Part shown: in pieces, positions 58,734 through 64,000 of the stretch | Layout: each line of letters starts with the position of its first letter | Position numbering within the stretch: the stretch's first letter is position 1 | Assembly: GCA_016212165.1 (NCBI GenBank) | Contig: JACRGY010000168.1 | Span: 66-64,065 of the forward strand | Direction of reading: 5' to 3' | Source of the DNA: Nitrospirota bacterium | GTDB taxonomy: Bacteria > Nitrospirota > Thermodesulfovibrionia > Thermodesulfovibrionales > UBA1546 | Length of the DNA: 64,000 nt | Notes under the pieces: generated by a model | The model's database searches: none | Told to the model about the DNA's origin: nothing | What the model saw: only the letters and a program-made list of their open reading frames with translations | Translations under genes and position numbers: made by a program

Positions 58734-60008
58734 TCAGAGCGTTTTTTTTAGCCCATCCCCTGAATAAACGTTATGAGAATTCCAGAGCATCCAGCCGTTA
58801 GAGCCGAATTTTTCAGCGGCATTTATCTGGTCTCGTATTTCCCTGCCTGTAAAATGTCTTTTGTCAAAGGCATAATCACTGAATGCCTGCAGCCAGGGCC
58901 TGAAACGAACTGGCGGAATATTTGTGCGTTCCTGGGCCCTTTTAATTGAAAGATAAACAATCTCATGCGGATATGCAACAGGATTTCTGTAACCGGGTAT
59001 CCCAAAGTGAAACCCTGAAGGGTAAAGCATGGGAGACATGTAATCAACAGAAGGCACGAGGTTTTCAAGCCTTTGCCCGATTTTTGTATCATTGAGATTC
59101 CAGCACACATAACCGAATATATCTGCAGCAAGAAACACATTGTAGGGCATGAGCCGTTTTTTTGCTTCCATGAGAAATCCCGAGATTGCCTGCACCCTGT
59201 TTTCCTCTGTGTTTTCCATGGAGAATTTAAGGCCTGCGGCATCAGGAAACCTGACATAATCAAACTGTATTTCATCAAACCCGTATTGGGCGGCCTCTAT
59301 AGCAATATTGATATTATACTCCCGCACCTCTTTTCTGAATGGATCTACCCATGCAAGATCTTCGCCATCGCGCCATATCTCTCCGCTTGCAGTCTTTATA
59401 GACAAATCAGGCCTTGTCAGGGCAAGAGGATTATCTTTAAATACTACAATGCGTGCAATTAAATAGATGCCTTTTTCTTTTAGGGATTTCATCAAATCCT
59501 TCATATCTCTCACAGTTGTTATTTTTTGGGCGCCAACTTCCCTGGCAAGGAGGACTGAACTCTTATAAGGTATAAAACCCCTGTCGCCCTTTATATCTAT
59601 GACAAGCGCATTCAACTCTGTCTCTTCTATAAGCCTGAGAGCTGAGCCGCGCAGAATTCTTGAGCCTATACCGTAAGGGGAAAGATATAATGCCTTTGGC
59701 GTGAAAGGCATCAGCTTTATCTCCAGTGACAGGGTGATTAACGGCGCAATGATAATCTGTTCATTCCTCAGATATCCGTATGCCCTCACAGCTATTTTAT
59801 TGCCCATGTTCTTTAAGACAAACATGCCGTTTTCATCAGTAAGCACAATATTATTATCCAGAGTCACGAAAGCGCTGCTTATTGGTTTTCCAGTGACAAA
59901 ATCTATCACCCTGCCTGTTGTATATCCCATTGCATGCTTTGGCATTGACAGGGGGAGCAGCACAAGCAAAACCATTATTAATTTTTTATAGTCTTTAGAC
60001 AGTGTCAT
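58734..60008 (-). CDS. Secreted putative glycoside hydrolase (GHL10/DUF4015 TIM barrel) with a carboxypeptidase-regulatory-like N-domain
   Basis: GRVIDFVTGKPIS..., ALVIDIKGD and GFDEIQFDYVRFP motifs. Start at the ATG at 60008 with a signal peptide. Confidence 0.6.
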   Translation of the reverse strand: MTLSKDYKKLIMVLLVLLPLSMPKHAMGYTTGRVIDFVTGKPISSAFVTLDNNIVLTDENGMFVLKNMGNKIAVRAYGYLRNEQIIIAPLITLSLEIKLMPFTPKALYLSPYGIGSRILRGSALRLIEETELNALVIDIKGDRGFIPYKSSVLLAREVGAQKITTVRDMKDLMKSLKEKGIYLIARIVVFKDNPLALTRPDLSIKTASGEIWRDGEDLAWVDPFRKEVREYNINIAIEAAQYGFDEIQFDYVRFPDAAGLKFSMENTEENRVQAISGFLMEAKKRLMPYNVFLAADIFGYVCWNLNDTKIGQRLENLVPSVDYMSPMLYPSGFHFGIPGYRNPVAYPHEIVYLSIKRAQERTNIPPVRFRPWLQAFSDYAFDKRHFTGREIRDQINAAEKFGSNGWMLWNSHNVYSGDGLKKTL

Positions 60009-60033
60009 GATATTCAAAAATATTCCTTTCAAT

Positions 60034-60849
60034 TCAATATTTATCTTTACGGTAAGAAGAATTTCCCTTAAGTATGCTCTCAAATGTCTTTCCTCTGTCT
60101 GAGTCCGTCATCAGGTAACGCGGAAGGGCCATGATATTCTCAGAAGCTCCGGCATGTCTCCGCTCTATGGTAAATGCAGCAACATATCCTGCGGCAACTG
60201 CTTTGGAGATAAGCCTGTCATCATAGATGCCAAAGGGCCATGCCAGCATATCTGCATGAATGCCGAACTCTTTTTCCAGCTTTGCCTTTGACTGTTTAAG
60301 CTGCATCTCCACAGATTTTTCATATTCATCAGGCGCCATCTTTTTTTGGTCCTGCTTGAAATTAGGGTGCCAGTATGAATGGGACTGGAAGTCAATAAGC
60401 CCTGATTTCTTTATTTCCCTGAGTTGGTTCCAGGTCATGGCATATGATGCATTGGAGATTGCAGAAGGATATATGAAAAGCGTGACAGGAATATTGTATT
60501 TCTTTATAAGAGGGAGCATGTCTGTATAGACAGATTTATGCCCGTCATCAGCCACAATCACTACTGACCTGGATGGCGGGGGCGGCCCTTTTCTGAGACA
60601 GTAGTCCACAAGCTGTCTGAGGGGTATTACTGTATAGCCGTTATCTTTAAGATATTTCAGATGAGATTCAAATACCCTTGTTGTCACAGTCATGCTGTCT
60701 GCAACTGCAGGCCCGAAACGGTGATAAAGAAGAATCGGTATGCGCTCAGCAGGAGGAGTCTTTTTTTCATCTTTTATTCTACCCTCTGCTGCCGGAAGCC
60801 ATAACAGGAAAATGCTAAATATACAGAAGGCCAATAAACCTGTTTTCAT
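60034..60849 (-). CDS. Polysaccharide deacetylase (NodB homology domain)
   Basis: ILLYHRF, ADDGHKS, LFIYPS and QSHSYWHP motifs, with a signal peptide. Confidence 0.8.
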   Translation of the reverse strand: MKTGLLAFCIFSIFLLWLPAAEGRIKDEKKTPPAERIPILLYHRFGPAVADSMTVTTRVFESHLKYLKDNGYTVIPLRQLVDYCLRKGPPPPSRSVVIVADDGHKSVYTDMLPLIKKYNIPVTLFIYPSAISNASYAMTWNQLREIKKSGLIDFQSHSYWHPNFKQDQKKMAPDEYEKSVEMQLKQSKAKLEKEFGIHADMLAWPFGIYDDRLISKAVAAGYVAAFTIERRHAGASENIMALPRYLMTDSDRGKTFESILKGNSSYRKDKY

Positions 60850-60989
60850 AAGGTAAGTATATCCAGGACATTGTTCACGGTCTATATTTTGGGCGCGCAT
60901 TTTCTATTTTGACATAATACGTCTTCATTTTGTTTATATCTGTTTTTTTCCTGAAGCACAATAAAGATATATAGAGGCAAGCAATGAAG

Positions 60990-63389
60990 CTAATACAGCA
61001 AATATTTTGACCGTATCTTGTTGAACTCCTCAAGCGCATCCTGCCAGTTCATCACAATCAAATCCGGCTCCTGGCCCTCTTTGATGGCCTGCAGGACCTT
61101 TCGCGAGCCGATCATGGACAGTGTTCTATCAACCAGAAACTCTTCGGGATAAAGCTTATAAAGAGCGCTTATTATTTCAACTCCCATTGCTGTCGGGTCC
61201 AATGCCTGGCGGTCAGCAAGGACTATCTGCACTCCATGGCACAATTTGTTCTTAAAGCTGCTGCTGGTTGGCGTGAAGCCAACAGGAATAAAGCTGACGC
61301 CCTGAATTTTACGATTGTTCAGATAGGCTGCGAGCTCTTCTGCATTAATCCAGGGAGCGCCAAAAAGTTCAAATGGTGTATTTGTTCCCCTGCCAACGCT
61401 CACGTTTGCGCCTTCGACCATTGCCACGCCTGGATAAAGAACAGCTTCTGTCAGGGTCCTGAGGTTTGGCGAAGGATTTACCCACCTGAGGCCGGTTTTG
61501 TCGTACCAGTCAGCGCGTTCGTAACCGCGCATTTTTATGACGTGCAATTTTACCCCAAGCTTATTTTCTGCATTAAACATTTTTGCCAGTTCACCAACAG
61601 TCATGCCATGCCTTACAGGCAGCGGAAAATATCCTGTAAAGGATTTCAAATCCTCATCCATTACAGGGCCCTGGACCATTGAGGCTGTGATTGGATTAGG
61701 ACGGTCAAGGACGTAAAAAGCAATTCCTTTCCCTGCTGCAGCTTCCATTGCATAAGCCAGAGTAGTTATATAGGTATAGAAACGGGCCCCTGAGTCCTGA
61801 ATGTCAAAGACCAGCGCATCCAGCCCCTTAAGCATACTATCTGAAGGGCGGTAGGCCTTTCCGTATAAGCTGTAAACACGCAAGCCTGTTTTTTGTTCGC
61901 GGGTAAAACTGATTGGCACTATTTCATCTACAGTTCCTGAAAAACCATGCTCGGGGCTGAAGATGGCTTTTAATTTAACACCGCGTGTTTTATAGAGCAG
62001 GTCCACTGTGCGCTGGCCTGCAGCATCAAGGCCGGAGTGATTTGTTATCAGGCCCACACGCAACCCGGACAGGGACGCAAATTTTTCAGATTTCAAAACA
62101 TCAATTCCTGTCCGCACCTTCGTATTCCGCTTGTACGAGGCGTTATAATTATTTTTCTTCATACGATTATAGTAGCTGTTCAGGGGCTGAGAGCTGGCCA
62201 GTATCTGCTCAGTCGTAATAGGCCCTATGGCTGCAGCAACTGTTTTTACAATATCTGCACGCAGCTGCTTTACATTGCCTTTGCCGTCAGGGTGGACACG
62301 GTTTGTTAAAATAATGATATAAGTTTTAGATACAGAATCAATCCATATAAAAGTTCCGGTATAGCCGGTGTGCCCAAAAGAACCAGCAGGAAACAAATCC
62401 CCGCGGTTTGATGCAAACGGCGCATTGATATCCCAGCCAAATCCCCTCAATGCAGTTTTGCCGGGCGGCGACTGCGGCATTGTCATCTCCTCAACTGTCA
62501 ATGGGCTGAGGACCTGCATGTTGTTGAAGCTTCCACCAGCCAAGAGCATCTGAGCAAAAATGGCAAGGTCGTCAGCAGTTGAAAAGAGCCCTGCATGCCC
62601 TGCCACACCGCCCATCCTGTAAGCCGCAGGGTCATGAACTTCTCCCTGAAGCATTTTCCCGCACTGGTATTCGGTTGGGGCGATGCGGCCATGCAGCAAA
62701 GGAGACGGCCTGAACCCGGTATCTTTCATCCCCAGCGGCTTAAATATATGCTCGTCACAGTATGCATCAAGTGTCTGGCCTGAGAGCCTGTGAACAATTT
62801 CGCCAAGAATTTCAAAGTTAATATCACTATAAATAAACCGTTTTCCGTGGGGAGCTGCGGGTCTTTCCGCAATAATTTTTTTAAGGGCTGTGTTGTAGCC
62901 TGACCACTTTGCCCTAAGGCTGAGGTCAGCCCTGAGCCCGGAATAGTGCGTAAGCAGTTCGCGCACCGTGATACCCTTTTTCCCGTTGGCCTTGAATTCA
63001 GGCCAGTATTTAGACACAGGGTCTTCAAGCCTGAGCTGTCCTTTTTCAACCAGCTGCATGATAGCAGTTGTAGTGGCAACGACCTTGGTAAGGGAAGCTA
63101 TATCAAAGATAGTGTCTGAAGCCATAGGAAGCTTATCAGGCAGCAGAGAACGGTAACCGAATGCCTGCCTGTAAATGACCCTGTCCTGATTCCCTATCAG
63201 GATAACTGCGCCCGGTATCTGATTATTTAGGATTGCCTCTTCAACTATCCCGGCTATAGGGGCAAGCTGCTCTTCGCGCAGCATGGAAGAAGGGACAGGT
63301 TCAATCCGGGCTAGCGCTGTTTTTGCAATTGGTGTTTCAACCAGTATGCACAACATTATTATTAAGACGGCCCTGCCCGGACGGCTCAC
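60990..63389 (-). CDS. Fusion: beta-lactamase-fold serine hydrolase (AmiE-like) plus DUF1343/NamZ-like domain
   Basis: N-terminal half: SLTK (SxxK), YSD and HTGYTG. C-terminal half from ..RTGIDVLKSEKFASLSGLRVGLITNHSG...FSPEHGF (DUF1343 signature). Confidence 0.75.
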   Translation of the reverse strand: MSRPGRAVLIIMLCILVETPIAKTALARIEPVPSSMLREEQLAPIAGIVEEAILNNQIPGAVILIGNQDRVIYRQAFGYRSLLPDKLPMASDTIFDIASLTKVVATTTAIMQLVEKGQLRLEDPVSKYWPEFKANGKKGITVRELLTHYSGLRADLSLRAKWSGYNTALKKIIAERPAAPHGKRFIYSDINFEILGEIVHRLSGQTLDAYCDEHIFKPLGMKDTGFRPSPLLHGRIAPTEYQCGKMLQGEVHDPAAYRMGGVAGHAGLFSTADDLAIFAQMLLAGGSFNNMQVLSPLTVEEMTMPQSPPGKTALRGFGWDINAPFASNRGDLFPAGSFGHTGYTGTFIWIDSVSKTYIIILTNRVHPDGKGNVKQLRADIVKTVAAAIGPITTEQILASSQPLNSYYNRMKKNNYNASYKRNTKVRTGIDVLKSEKFASLSGLRVGLITNHSGLDAAGQRTVDLLYKTRGVKLKAIFSPEHGFSGTVDEIVPISFTREQKTGLRVYSLYGKAYRPSDSMLKGLDALVFDIQDSGARFYTYITTLAYAMEAAAGKGIAFYVLDRPNPITASMVQGPVMDEDLKSFTGYFPLPVRHGMTVGELAKMFNAENKLGVKLHVIKMRGYERADWYDKTGLRWVNPSPNLRTLTEAVLYPGVAMVEGANVSVGRGTNTPFELFGAPWINAEELAAYLNNRKIQGVSFIPVGFTPTSSSFKNKLCHGVQIVLADRQALDPTAMGVEIISALYKLYPEEFLVDRTLSMIGSRKVLQAIKEGQEPDLIVMNWQDALEEFNKIRSKYLLY

Positions 63390-63565
63390 ATCATTTGTCC
63401 TTTTAAAGGTTTTTGCCTTTGCAGCATTGATACTCTTTTATAACATATTTAATGTATCCCTGTATCTCATCAACAGGCGGCATATAGACATCCTGTTAAA
63501 AGTGTGTAATCATAAATTAAGGAAGAGGACAAAAGAAGCAGGTTAATAGAAATGAGGAGGTTATT

Positions 63566-64000
63566 ATGGTAAAGAATAATTTCTGGTCGCCATACATTGC
63601 AGGAATCGGGCTTGGCTTGACCCTCCTTGCAACTTTTTATATTGCCGGGTGGGGGCTGGGGGCCTCAAGTGCATTTTCCTTATTAACAGGCGTTGGCCTT
63701 AAAGATGTCAGTCCCGGATATGCAGGCACTCTCAAATATTTTTCAGGCTACCTGAATGTTGAGTCGCCATTAATGAACTGGGTCCTTTTTGAAGTCGGCG
63801 GACTTTTCCTGGGGGCCCTCGCAGCCTCGCTTATAAGCGGTAATTTCAAATTCAGGTTCGATAAGGCTGCGCATATGAGGACCAGGACAAGATTTTTAAC
63901 AGCCTTTGGAGGAGGTATTATTATAGGCTTTGCGAGCAGGCTGGCAAGGGGCTGCACAAGTGGTGTTGCCTTATCAGGCGGCGCGCAGCTGGCAGTATCA
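63566..64000 (+). CDS. YeeE/YedE-family sulfur-compound transporter (partial, runs off the window end)
   Basis: Hand translation from the ATG at 63566 after GAGGAGG: MVKNNFWSPYIAGIGLGLTLL...FASRLARGCTSGVALSGG (GCxSG motif). Confidence 0.7.
   Translation, partial: MVKNNFWSPYIAGIGLGLTLLATFYIAGWGLGASSAFSLLTGVGLKDVSPGYAGTLKYFSGYLNVESPLMNWVLFEVGGLFLGALAASLISGNFKFRFDKAAHMRTRTRFLTAFGGGIIIGFASRLARGCTSGVALSGGAQLAVS

Overview
64 kb of chromosome from a Gram-negative, probably anaerobic bacterium that uses selenocysteine. The lineage cannot be fixed by eye; the repeat content resembles Nitrospirota or Desulfobacterota MAGs. Most of the window is housekeeping. It holds a NIF3-like gene, selB, a Tat-exported IorAB-type molybdenum hydroxylase operon with xdhC and a mocA-like gene, pilMNOPQ followed by aroC-aroK-aroB, truB and vapBC. 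It also holds a gspFGHIJ-like pseudopilin cluster, ispF/ispD, a yacL-like PIN-TRAM gene, htrA, dnaE, accA, tRNA-Leu(CAA), a GAF-GGDEF cyclase, a Nudix hydrolase, a PAS histidine kinase, tRNA-Phe(GAA) and lnt. Further on are prfB with the classic +1 frameshift, an AT-rich oriC-like spacer, dnaA-dnaN-gyrB, a U32 peptidase, a radical-SAM/DUF2344 fusion with rng, a larE-like gene, an aldolase, a DUF4258/YgiT toxin-antitoxin pair and a secreted cell-wall/polysaccharide cluster. No CRISPR array, transposase, integrase or phage gene is visible. Eight things look worth a second look. (1) A DsbC-like periplasmic protein has its CxxC active site written as TGA-x-x-Cys, with a SECIS-like hairpin downstream and an extra CxxCH motif. 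(2) A six-copy family of 115-155 bp nested-hairpin intergenic elements shows compensatory stem changes and strand-specific G:U wobbles. (3) Heptanucleotide tandem arrays (STRR-like) occur between genes and also in frame inside aroC and at the domain junction of the radical-SAM fusion. (4) At the left edge, a primase zinc-finger-only ORF abuts a 5'-truncated GT2 gene, next to a small islet with a secreted protein and two translationally coupled paralogs of unknown function. (5) There are two unusual fusions: CoaE with riboflavin kinase, and an AmiE-like serine hydrolase with NamZ/DUF1343. (6) An A8 tract may frameshift the PAS kinase 5' end. (7) There is a 79-aa triheme mini-cytochrome. (8) There is an AT-rich islet of small membrane proteins. 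All functional calls come from reading motifs in the supplied translations; no searches were run.
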